A stretch of DNA of 14,072 nt from an uncultured Eubacteriales bacterium (GTDB lineage: Bacteria > Bacillota > Clostridia > TANB77 > RGIG9151). The DNA is taken from assembly GCA_964478905.1 (NCBI GenBank), contig CAYZJZ010000020.1:1-14072 (forward strand), in the 5' to 3' direction. Of the stretch, positions 1 to 7,024 are shown in pieces; position 1 is the first letter of the stretch; each line of letters opens with the position of its first letter. The notes under the pieces are model-generated. The model saw only the letters and a program-made list of their open reading frames with translations, was not told the origin of the DNA and ran no database searches. Position numbers and translations under genes: made by a program.

Positions 1-24
1 TCTTTCGAGCTGGATTTTTTGTTA

Positions 25-54
25 AGGCGTCACTATTTTAGGACAGCCTCTTTT
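25..54 (+). terminator. Weak hairpin plus short T-run; possible terminator of an upstream plus-strand gene outside the window
   Basis: AGGCGTC (25-31) pairs with GACAGCCT (42-49) for 7 bp with A45 bulged and a 10-nt loop, followed by CTTTT (50-54). On the minus strand the hairpin is followed by an A-run, so it is not a good terminator for the S66 peptidase gene. Confidence 0.2.
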
Positions 55-1036
55 AGTCTAAAACAATTGTTGGTTTATTTGTTGCTGATATAGTAGCTGT
101 TCCGCCAATAGGGAAGGTAAATAGCGGAGTGGTATGACCGAAGTCGGCATCAGCAATTATAGGAATATTATTTAATTCTTTTTTATTTCTTATCATCATT
201 TTCCATTTGTTTGGCGTCATATCGGCACTTTTTTCAGCTCTTCCAAGTACTATTCCGCGTACATTATTAAATCCTGGTTGTTGGATAAGAGATACAAGCA
301 TTCTATCGAACTCGAGCATATAGATAGAACCAGAAACTGTTGCATCATTTTCAATGAATAAAATAGTATCCTCGTTAAAGCTTGGCATAAATTCAGTACC
401 GAGTAAGAGTGATAGTGTACTTAAATTTCCACCTATAATTTTACCTGTTGCATTACCTTCGTTTATTGTAAACATTCCGTGATTTTTGTAGAAATTTCTA
501 TCTTCTTGGTTAATAAACCATGCATCATTACTCCATACATCTGAAGAGTTTATTTCAATTTTATCTTCTAAAAAGAATAGCTTTTTAAAGTAGTCCAATG
601 TATAATCAAATCCATATTTCATTCCAAAACTTGAGTAATGAGGACCGGAATAAGTTACAAGACCGGTTTTTGCGTAAATTGCGTTGCTTAAAGCTGTTAT
701 ATCTGAGAATCCGCAGAAGATTTTAGGATTATTCTTTATTAAGTCATAATCTATATGAGTTAACAGCTGATTAGAATTAAAACCTCCGATTACTGTTAAT
801 ATAGCTTTTACATTTTCGTCTTTAAATGCTTCATGTAAGTCCTCAATACGTGCTTCAATTGGGGAAGACGTAAATTCATCGCATAATTCTGTATTTTTCC
901 CGAAAGTTACTTTTAGGCCTAACTCATTTAGCCTTTTATCAGCGATTTCACGCGTTTCGTTATTAATAATTTTCATACTGCGTGATGGAGCAATAACGCG
1001 AACTTCATCACCTGTTTTTAATTTATTAGGTATCAT
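53..1036 (-). CDS. Peptidase family S66 LD-carboxypeptidase / MccF-like serine peptidase (327 aa from the trimmed start)
   Basis: The family catalytic motifs are present: nucleophile Ser in FCGFSDITAL, Glu in ILFIENDA and His in ADFGHTTP. Length and layout fit LdcA/MccF. I moved the start from the track's 1126 to the ATG at 1034-1036 (MIPNKLKTGDEVRVIAPS). That ATG has a GGAGG SD (complement of 1044-1048) with a 7-nt spacer. A plausible promoter also lies inside the longer ORF. Confidence 0.8.
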   Translation of the reverse strand: MIPNKLKTGDEVRVIAPSRSMKIINNETREIADKRLNELGLKVTFGKNTELCDEFTSSPIEARIEDLHEAFKDENVKAILTVIGGFNSNQLLTHIDYDLIKNNPKIFCGFSDITALSNAIYAKTGLVTYSGPHYSSFGMKYGFDYTLDYFKKLFFLEDKIEINSSDVWSNDAWFINQEDRNFYKNHGMFTINEGNATGKIIGGNLSTLSLLLGTEFMPSFNEDTILFIENDATVSGSIYMLEFDRMLVSLIQQPGFNNVRGIVLGRAEKSADMTPNKWKMMIRNKKELNNIPIIADADFGHTTPLFTFPIGGTATISATNKPTIVLD

Positions 1037-1072
1037 AAAACTACCTCCATTCTTTAGTTTTGCCAACATTGT

Positions 1073-1101
1073 ACTATAAGAAATGATAAAATTCAATACA
1101 A
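1073..1101 (-). promoter_or_regulatory. Putative sigma-A promoter for the S66 peptidase gene
   Basis: Read on the minus strand: TTGTAT (1101-1096), 17-nt spacer, TATAGT (1078-1073), about 35 nt upstream of the ATG at 1036. Confidence 0.35.
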
Positions 1102-1152
1102 AAGTTTTGGGAAGAATAGTAACCAAGAAAACAAAAAATGTAAAAAAATCTC

Positions 1153-1181
1153 TTGTATATTTTTTTTGACTGTGGTATGAT
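1153..1181 (+). promoter_or_regulatory. Putative sigma-A promoter for secG (extended -10)
   Basis: TTGTAT (1153-1158), 17-nt spacer containing TG at 1173-1174, then TATGAT (1176-1181). TTGACT at 1166-1171 has no correctly spaced -10, and TATAAT at 1197-1202 has no good -35. Confidence 0.35.
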
Positions 1182-1223
1182 AATAAAGTTGATGAGTATA
1201 ATAATTTGGAGGTCGAAATAGCT

Positions 1224-1463
1224 ATGGTAAAAACAATATTGTTAGTTTTACACGTTATCGTATGTTTATCACTTATCTTGATAGTTATTCTTCAATCAGG
1301 AAGAAGTGCTGGTATTTCCGGAGAGATTGCCGGTGGTGCTGAAACATTTTTTGGTAAGAATAAAGCTAGAACGTTAAATGGTATGCTTGGAAGATGGACA
1401 ACTTATGCTGCTATTATTTTTGTTATCACTTCTTTAGCGTTAACTATTTTTTGGAATGCTTAA
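1224..1463 (+). CDS. secG: Preprotein translocase subunit SecG (79 aa)
   Basis: Small two-TM protein with the typical SecG pattern: an N-terminal hydrophobic helix, LQSGRSAGISG...GGAETFFG and a C-terminal helix. I prefer the ATG at 1224 over the track's TTG at 1206. GGAGG lies at 1208-1212. Confidence 0.85.
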   Translation: MVKTILLVLHVIVCLSLILIVILQSGRSAGISGEIAGGAETFFGKNKARTLNGMLGRWTTYAAIIFVITSLALTIFWNA

Positions 1464-1473
1464 TTTTTGTCGT

Positions 1474-1508
1474 AAAAAGGGCCTTATTATAGGCTCTTTT
1501 CTATTTTT
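1474..1508 (+). terminator. Rho-independent terminator after secG
   Basis: AAAAA-GGGCCT (1474-1484), loop TATTAT, AGGCTC (1491-1496; 6 bp including one G.U), then TTTTCTATTTTT (1497-1508). The T-tract abuts the rnr SD (GGAGG 1509-1513). Confidence 0.65.
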
Positions 1509-1520
1509 GGAGGTTAAAAT

Positions 1521-3461
1521 ATGAATTTATTAATTGAGGGTATTTTTGAAGCGAATGAAAGAGGCTTTGGTTTTGTAATTCCTGACGATGAGAATGAAAA
1601 GGATGTATTTGTAGCTCCTGCGGACATAAAAGGTGCGTTTGATGGTGATAGGGTTGAAGTAAGAGTGGTATCAATGGGAGACGAGAAACGTGGCCCGGAA
1701 GGTATTATTACTAAAATTATAGAAAGAAATCACAAAAAAATAATTGGTAAATTTGAGAAAAGCAAAAATTTTGCGTTTGTTATTCCTAACAATAAAAAAA
1801 TAACTCAGGATATTTTTATACCTAAAGCGTATTTTGCTGGCGCTAGAAATAATGAAATTGTAGCTGTTGAGATTATAAAATGGCCGGAAGGAAGAAGGGC
1901 TGCTGAGGGAAAAATTGTAAAAAGACTTGGCAAGCTTGGTAAACCAGGAGTAGATGTTTTATCTATTATGTGTGAATATGATTTAAATGAAGATTTTCCG
2001 GTTGAAGTATTAGATCAAGTGGAAAAAATACCGGACAAACTTGAGAAAAAAGACTACAAAGGTAGAAGAGATTTAAGAGACGTTAGAATGGTAACTATTG
2101 ATGGAGAAGATGCTAAAGATTTAGATGATGCAGTTTCTATTGAGAAATTGCCCGGTGGTAATTATTTATTGGGAGTTCATATAGCTGATGTTTCTCATTA
2201 CGTAAAAGAAGGAACTCCATTAGATAAAGAAGCGTATGAACGTGGAACCAGTGTTTATTTAGTAGATAGGGTTATTCCTATGTTACCTCGAAAACTTTCT
2301 AACGGATTATGCAGTCTTAATATGGGAGAAGATAGATTGGCTTTTTCTGTTATGATGAAGATAGATAAAACGGGTAAAATTATAGATAGTGAGATATTTA
2401 AGAGTGTTATCAACGTAAACGAAAGAATGAATTATTCTGATGTTACAAAGATTTTAGAGAACACCGATAAAAAAGTTGTTGAGAGATATAAGGATTTTGT
2501 GCCTGATTTTAAACTTATGGAGAAACTGTCTAATATTTTGAGAAAGCGTAGAACTATGAGAGGGAGTATTGACTTTGAAATTCCAGAAGCTAAGGTTATA
2601 TTAAATAAAGAAGGAAAGCCGATAGAAATTAAAAAATATGAATTAACCGTTTCAAACAACATAATTGAAGACTTTATGTTGGCGGCAAATGAAACTGTGG
2701 CTGAAAGATTTTTCTGGCTCGAAGTTCCTTTTATGTATAGAGTGCACGACTTGCCGGATAGTGAAAAATTAGAGGAATTTTCTAAGTTTATTTATAATTA
2801 TGGTTATAAAATAAAAGGGTTAACACAACTTCAACCGATGGCTTTCCAACAATTATTGGAAGATGTAAAGGGAAAACCAGAAGAAAGGATTATTTCTACT
2901 TTAATGTTAAGGTCTATGCAACAAGCAAGATATAGTCCTACCAATACAGGGCATTTTGGGTTAGCTGCTCAATATTATTGTCATTTTACTTCACCGATAA
3001 GACGTTATCCGGATTTATTTATTCATAGAGTTATGAGTGAGTTAATTGAAAATGATTATAAGTTTAAAAACGATAAACGTGAGAAGAAATTGAAAAAAAT
3101 TGCGGTTGAAGGCTCTAAACATTCTTCGGATAAAGAAAGAGAAGCACAACTTGCTGAAAGAGATTCTGTGGACTTAAAGAAAGCAGAATATATGAAAGAA
3201 TTTGTAGGGGAAACGTTTACCGGTGTTATTTCTTCAGTTACTTCTTTTGGATTTTTTGTTGAACTTGATAATACTATTGAAGGACTTGTTAGAGTCGAAA
3301 ATATTGAAGATGATTATTATGTGTATAACGAAAAGCAGTATTCTTTGATAGGAGATAGGAAACATAAGGTATATAAGCTTGGAGATACTGTTGAGGTTAT
3401 TTTAACCGGTGTAAATTTAGAAACAAGGAAAATTGATTTTGGGATAAAGGTAGAAGATTAA
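1521..3461 (+). CDS. rnr: Ribonuclease R (RNase II/R family 3'-5' exoribonuclease), compact 646-aa form
   Basis: N-terminal cold-shock/OB region (ERGFGFVIPDD...DRVEVRVV). RNB catalytic Asp cluster VTIDGEDAKDLDDAVSIE. Conserved HFGLA...YCHFTSPIRRYPDL motif. C-terminal S1 domain (GETFTGVISSVTSFGFFVEL...). SD GGAGG with a 7-nt spacer. Confidence 0.9.
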   Translation: MNLLIEGIFEANERGFGFVIPDDENEKDVFVAPADIKGAFDGDRVEVRVVSMGDEKRGPEGIITKIIERNHKKIIGKFEKSKNFAFVIPNNKKITQDIFIPKAYFAGARNNEIVAVEIIKWPEGRRAAEGKIVKRLGKLGKPGVDVLSIMCEYDLNEDFPVEVLDQVEKIPDKLEKKDYKGRRDLRDVRMVTIDGEDAKDLDDAVSIEKLPGGNYLLGVHIADVSHYVKEGTPLDKEAYERGTSVYLVDRVIPMLPRKLSNGLCSLNMGEDRLAFSVMMKIDKTGKIIDSEIFKSVINVNERMNYSDVTKILENTDKKVVERYKDFVPDFKLMEKLSNILRKRRTMRGSIDFEIPEAKVILNKEGKPIEIKKYELTVSNNIIEDFMLAANETVAERFFWLEVPFMYRVHDLPDSEKLEEFSKFIYNYGYKIKGLTQLQPMAFQQLLEDVKGKPEERIISTLMLRSMQQARYSPTNTGHFGLAAQYYCHFTSPIRRYPDLFIHRVMSELIENDYKFKNDKREKKLKKIAVEGSKHSSDKEREAQLAERDSVDLKKAEYMKEFVGETFTGVISSVTSFGFFVELDNTIEGLVRVENIEDDYYVYNEKQYSLIGDRKHKVYKLGDTVEVILTGVNLETRKIDFGIKVED

Positions 3462-3518
3462 TTTATAAGTGACTGTAAAAAGCTTTCCTTAATGTTATTG
3501 ACCGAAGGTCAACATAGT

Positions 3519-3749
3519 GGGGCTGTAAAAAAACTCATAAAATTCATAACGTATTGTACTGTACCTCGCTCACCAAAAATATTTTTTGTGGGAAGTGTAG
3601 AGTTAATTTAAAGTACGGAACGGAGCTTACGCTCACATCCTGGGCAACTTTAAAATGTGTTCTACATAGAGGGACAAAAAAGCAATTTTTGTTTCGCTTG
3701 GTACAGTACAATACGTTATTTAAATAATAAACGAGTTTTTTATAGCCCC
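3519..3749 (+). repeat. 231-nt imperfect palindrome; candidate structured RNA or MITE-like element, class unknown
   Basis: 3519-3536 GGGGCTGTAAAAAAACTC pairs with 3733-3749 GAGTTTTTTATAGCCCC (17 bp, one G.U, one bulged A). 3546-3565 ATAACGTATTGTACTGTACC is the exact reverse complement of 3700-3719 (20/20). The interior has further helices: 3596-3601/3661-3666, 3607-3613/3648-3654, 3623-3626/3631-3634, and hairpins 3574-3588 and 3671-3695. There is no credible ORF. Confidence 0.85.
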
Positions 3750-3758
3750 CTTTTTTTT
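3733..3758 (+). terminator. Terminator-like 3' end (GCCCCC + T8) whose only partner is the distal 5' arm at 3519-3536
   Basis: The 3' arm of the outer helix ends in GCCCC (3745-3749), followed by C3750 and TTTTTTTT (3751-3758). It is the only terminator-like signal between rnr and the radC promoter. The minus-strand reading lacks a T-tract. Confidence 0.5.
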
Positions 3759-3766
3759 AAAACTAA

Positions 3767-3795
3767 TTGAATTTATGTTATAGAACATATATAAT
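3767..3795 (+). promoter_or_regulatory. Strong sigma-A promoter for the radC-mreBCD operon
   Basis: TTGAAT (3767-3772), exactly 17-nt spacer, TATAAT (3790-3795), about 45 nt upstream of the radC start. Confidence 0.6.
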
Positions 3796-3843
3796 ACTTA
3801 GAGAAATATTTTTGCTAAGGACCGGTTAGCAGATGGAGGAGAG

Positions 3844-4533
3844 ATGTGTTCGTTGATTATGAAAGAAAAACCGGTTTTTGAGCGACCGTATGAGAAGTTA
3901 GAGATTAATGGAGCTAAGAGTTTAACTAATGCTGAACTTTTAGCAATTGTACTAAAGACAGGAACTCGGGATGAAACAGCGTTAGATATTGCGCAAAGAT
4001 TACTTGTTGAATGTGTTGGAGAGGATGCAGGATTTACTTTTGCGAATGTATCGCTTGAGGAATTAAAAACTATAAAGGGAATAGGACGTGTAAAGGCGAT
4101 TACATTAAAGGCTGTATTCGAACTGGCATGCAGGTTTAATGCGAATGAAAATGATAAAAAATTTTTAGGAGCTACTTCGTTGCTTTCACAATTTGTTATG
4201 AGTAAGTTGGCTAATGAAAAACAAGAAAAGTTTATGGTAATTGGTTTGGATACGAAGTGTAGACTAGTTAGAAGTGATATTATTGCAATTGGTAATTTAA
4301 ATCTTTTAAATTTGAGTGCTAGGGAAGTATTTAGAATGCCTATTGAATGTGGGTGTGAGTATTTAGCTCTTGCTCATAACCACCCTAGTGGAGATCCTGA
4401 GCCGAGCCAAGAGGATATTCAATCTACTCTTAAATTAATTGAAATGAGTAGATGGCTTGAAATTAAGCTTATAGATCATATTATTGTCGGTAACGGAAAA
4501 TATGTTAGTTTTAAAAAAAGTAAATTGTTTTAA
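3844..4533 (+). CDS. radC: RadC-like JAB/MPN domain protein (UPF0758)
   Basis: N-terminal ERPYEKL...[15 protein letters not shown], helix-hairpin-helix IKGIGRVKA and JAMM-type motif [16 protein letters not shown]. It holds the classic position upstream of mreB. The start could instead be ATG 3859, because the GGAGG at 3835-3839 is only 4 nt from ATG 3844. Confidence 0.85.
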   Translation: MCSLIMKEKPVFERPYEKLEINGAKSLTNAELLAIVLKTGTRDETALDIAQRLLVECVGEDAGFTFANVSLEELKTIKGIGRVKAITLKAVFELACRFNANENDKKFLGATSLLSQFVMSKLANEKQEKFMVIGLDTKCRLVRSDIIAIGNLNLLNLSAREVFRMPIECGCEYLALAHNHPSGDPEPSQEDIQSTLKLIEMSRWLEIKLIDHIIVGNGKYVSFKKSKLF

Positions 4534-4556
4534 GGAAATATCTAAGGAGGACTATT

Positions 4557-5579
4557 ATGGGAGTTTGGGTTAAAGATGTCGGTATAGATTTAGGAACTGC
4601 AAATACGCTTATTAAAATTGCTGGAGAAGATGGAATTATATTACGAGAGCCTTCTGTTGTTGCGGTTAATAAAAAAATAAAGCATGTACTTGCAGTAGGA
4701 AATGAAGCTAAAGATATGATAGGAAGAACTCCCGGAGCTATTATTGCTATAAGTCCGGTTAAAAATGGAGTTATTGCTGATTTTGAAGTTACTCAAGCTA
4801 TGCTTAAGTATTTTATAAAAAAAGCTTGTAAAGATGGATTTTTCGGTAAGCCGAGAGTTGTTATTTGTGTTCCGTCAGGGGTTACAGAGGTAGAAGAACG
4901 TGCGGTAAAGGAGGCTGCGCTCCAAGCGGGAGCTAGAGAAGCTTTTTTACTTGAAGAACCTATGGCGGCAGCAATTGGAGCAGGACTTCCTATTGAAGAT
5001 GCTTCCGGAAGTATGATTGTTGATATTGGCGGAGGAACCAGTGAAGTTGCTGTAATTTCTTTAGGAGGAATAGTTGTTTCTAAATCTGTTAGAGTTGCTG
5101 GAGAAAAAATTGATGATGCTATTATAAGTTATATTAAAAAAGAGCATAATTTAATGGTAGGAGAAAGAACTGCTGAGGAAATAAAGCTTGCTATCGGAAG
5201 TGCTTTTCCTATTGAACAAGAAGAAAAGATGGACATAAGAGGACGCGACTTAGTTACAGGATTACCTCAAAATATAGAAATTAATTCCACTGAGATTTTA
5301 GAAGCTATGAGTGAACCTATGGCTACTATAATAGATGCTATAAAATATACTTTGGAGAAAACTCCGCCGGAACTTGCTGCTGATATTATGAACAGAGGAA
5401 TATATTTAGCTGGTGGTGGTGCTTTAATTCGTGGCCTTGATAAATTGATTACGAAAGAAACCGGGATGCCGGTGAGAATTGCTGATCACCCGTTAGACTG
5501 CGTTGTAAATGGTGCAGGAAATGTTGTTGAAAATCTTGATGTTCTAAAAGAAGTCTTAATAAGTAGGAGAATGAGATAA
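4557..5579 (+). CDS. mreB: Rod shape-determining actin homologue MreB
   Basis: [11 protein letters not shown] phosphate-1 motif, [18 protein letters not shown] and [20 protein letters not shown] at 4545-4550. Confidence 0.95.
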   Translation: MGVWVKDVGIDLGTANTLIKIAGEDGIILREPSVVAVNKKIKHVLAVGNEAKDMIGRTPGAIIAISPVKNGVIADFEVTQAMLKYFIKKACKDGFFGKPRVVICVPSGVTEVEERAVKEAALQAGAREAFLLEEPMAAAIGAGLPIEDASGSMIVDIGGGTSEVAVISLGGIVVSKSVRVAGEKIDDAIISYIKKEHNLMVGERTAEEIKLAIGSAFPIEQEEKMDIRGRDLVTGLPQNIEINSTEILEAMSEPMATIIDAIKYTLEKTPPELAADIMNRGIYLAGGGALIRGLDKLITKETGMPVRIADHPLDCVVNGAGNVVENLDVLKEVLISRRMR

Positions 5580-5602
5580 ATTTATACGAGGAGGGAATAG
5601 TA

Positions 5603-6439
5603 ATGAAATTTAAGATAAATATTAGCAAAAAACTTTTAACAATAGTTGTTACTGCTATTTTAATTCTTACAATTTCACTTACTGTTCAACCTAAAGAAAA
5701 TCCGAATTTCTTTGAAAAATGTGTAAATACTGTTTTTTTGCCTATTCAACAGTTAGTAAAATTGCCGATTAATAAAATTGGAAATTCTATTAATTTTTTT
5801 GTGGATATGAAGAAATTGGTTGATGAAAATGAACGACTTAGCGAAGAAAATATTGAACTTAGAGAAAAAGTTCGCCAACTTGAGATTGATGGCGTTGAAA
5901 ATGATCAATTGCGTGATATGTTAAATCTTACAAAGAAATATGAGACATCGAATGCAATAGTTGCTGAGGTTGTTTCTATGGACTCATCTATGTGGTTTGA
6001 TGTTTTTACAATTAATAAAGGAGAAAAGGACGGTATAAAAAATGATATGACAGTTTTAACTCCTGAAGGATTAGTTGGTAAAGTGACTCAAACTTTTAAT
6101 TCTACAGCTCAAGTTACTTCTATATTAGATGTAAATAATGCTGTTAGTGCCAGACTTACAAAGACAGGAGATTTAATTACTACTAAAGGAGATATGAATT
6201 TAGTAGATAAGGGTCTGTTAAAGTTAAAGTATGTTACGTCAGATGTTAGTTTAGCCGAAGGTGATGTTGTAGAAACTTCCGGTATGGGAGGAATTTATCC
6301 TAAAGGAATTTTTATAGGGACTATAAGTAAAGTTGAACAAGACAGTAAGCTTATGAGAACTTATGCGGTATTAGAGCCCGGAGTAGATTTTAACAAGATT
6401 AGTGAAGTTTTGGTTATAAGTAATATGGAAGGGGAATAG
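5603..6439 (+). CDS. mreC: Rod shape-determining protein MreC
   Basis: N-terminal TM helix, coiled coil (ENERLSEENIELREKVRQLE) and beta-domain motifs (GLVGKVTQ, GGIYPKGIFIGTI). Sits between mreB and mreD. Confidence 0.9.
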   Translation: MKFKINISKKLLTIVVTAILILTISLTVQPKENPNFFEKCVNTVFLPIQQLVKLPINKIGNSINFFVDMKKLVDENERLSEENIELREKVRQLEIDGVENDQLRDMLNLTKKYETSNAIVAEVVSMDSSMWFDVFTINKGEKDGIKNDMTVLTPEGLVGKVTQTFNSTAQVTSILDVNNAVSARLTKTGDLITTKGDMNLVDKGLLKLKYVTSDVSLAEGDVVETSGMGGIYPKGIFIGTISKVEQDSKLMRTYAVLEPGVDFNKISEVLVISNMEGE

Positions 6440-6443
6440 AGAG

Positions 6444-6953
6444 TTGAAAGGTATTAAACTTTTCTGTATTGTAGTAGGAGTGTACCTTTTACAAACAGTG
6501 TTAGTTCAAGAAATTACTTTTTTAGGTATTTCGCCTAATTTATTTCTTGTGGTTACCTGTGGCATTTCGTTTTTGTTTGGAAGCACGACCGGTGGAGTTT
6601 GCGGACTTATATTCGGACTACTTCAAGATATGAATATTGGAAGAATGATAGGATTAAACGGATTTTTGTTTATGCACATAGGAATTATTATGGGGCAATT
6701 TAACAAGCGCTTTTTTAAGGATAATTATGTTGTTGCAGTGATTTTTATTGTACTTTCGACTATGGTTTACGAGTTGATAGTTTATATTTTAGGTGCATTT
6801 ATATATAGCCAAGATATTATGCTTGGAACATTGGCCGTTAAAATTTTAATTAGAGCTTTTTTAAATGCAATAACAGGAATAATTGTTTATCCTATATTAC
6901 TTAAAATAAATATAGGAGTTGAAGTAGATAGGCGAATTTTCGGGGGAAGGTAG
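6444..6953 (+). CDS. mreD: Rod shape-determining protein MreD (polytopic membrane protein)
   Basis: 169-aa protein, hydrophobic throughout (about 5 TM segments), starting at a TTG 4 nt after the mreC stop. The call rests on position and topology more than on motifs. Confidence 0.75.
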   Translation: MKGIKLFCIVVGVYLLQTVLVQEITFLGISPNLFLVVTCGISFLFGSTTGGVCGLIFGLLQDMNIGRMIGLNGFLFMHIGIIMGQFNKRFFKDNYVVAVIFIVLSTMVYELIVYILGAFIYSQDIMLGTLAVKILIRAFLNAITGIIVYPILLKINIGVEVDRRIFGGR

Positions 6954-7024
6954 TTTCTCGAGGATTTTCTTTAGACACAAAATGGACTTAGAAATTAAAA
7001 ATAAAAGATTAGTGGTGAAAAATT

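Noticed and set aside
1037-1126. N-terminal 30-codon extension of the S66 peptidase ORF in the track (start at 1126)
   Set aside because: The extension has no SD and encodes a non-conserved hydrophobic peptide. It also overlaps the likely promoter (TTGTAT-17-TATAGT). The internal ATG at 1036 has a perfect GGAGG SD and begins the conserved family N-terminus.
1206-1223. TTG start at 1206 for secG (MEVEIA extension)
   Set aside because: The TTG overlaps the GGAGG at 1208-1212, which is better read as the SD for the ATG at 1224. SecG proteins normally start right at the first TM helix.
2432-2662. 76-aa minus-strand ORF inside rnr
   Set aside because: It is fully antisense to a well-supported conserved CDS, has a low-complexity hydrophobic translation typical of AT-rich antisense frames, and has no SD.
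3471-3485. Upstream near-duplicate of the 5' arm (GACTGTAAAAAGCTT vs GGCTGTAAAAAAACT) that could pair with 3733-3745 as a 13-bp alternative, antiterminator-like helix
   Set aside because: The match is mostly an A-run in an AT-rich genome. It lacks the GGGG clamp and needs three G.U pairs, so it would be much weaker than the main helix. There is not enough evidence for a switch.
3492-3611. 39-codon ORF (MLLTEGQHSGAVKKLIKFITYCTVPRSPKIFFVGSVELI) in the rnr-radC gap
   Set aside because: It has no SD upstream and runs straight through both 5' arms of the palindrome. The right arm is not coding in any frame. Base-pairing constraints, not coding, explain the sequence.
3519-3758. tmRNA (ssrA), considered because of the position downstream of rnr and the GGGGCTG 5' end
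   Set aside because: There is no T-arm (GGTTCGAnTCC-like), no 3' CCA or ACCA acceptor end, and no alanine-resume codon with a tag reading frame. The long perfect helices do not fit tmRNA. The sequence I recognise for SRP RNA domain IV and for the RNase P conserved regions is also absent.
3813-3831. Small hairpin TGCTAA-GGACCGG-TTAGCA in the radC 5' leader, 4 nt upstream of the SD
   Set aside because: The stem is only 6 bp, there is no recognisable riboswitch or attenuator architecture, and it does not sequester the SD. It is probably a simple 5' stabilising hairpin or chance.
6954-7024. Possible internal promoter in the 71-nt mreD-PBP2 gap
   Set aside because: Only weak hexamers are present (TTAGAC ... 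ATTAAA). No -35/-10 pair has acceptable sequence and spacing.
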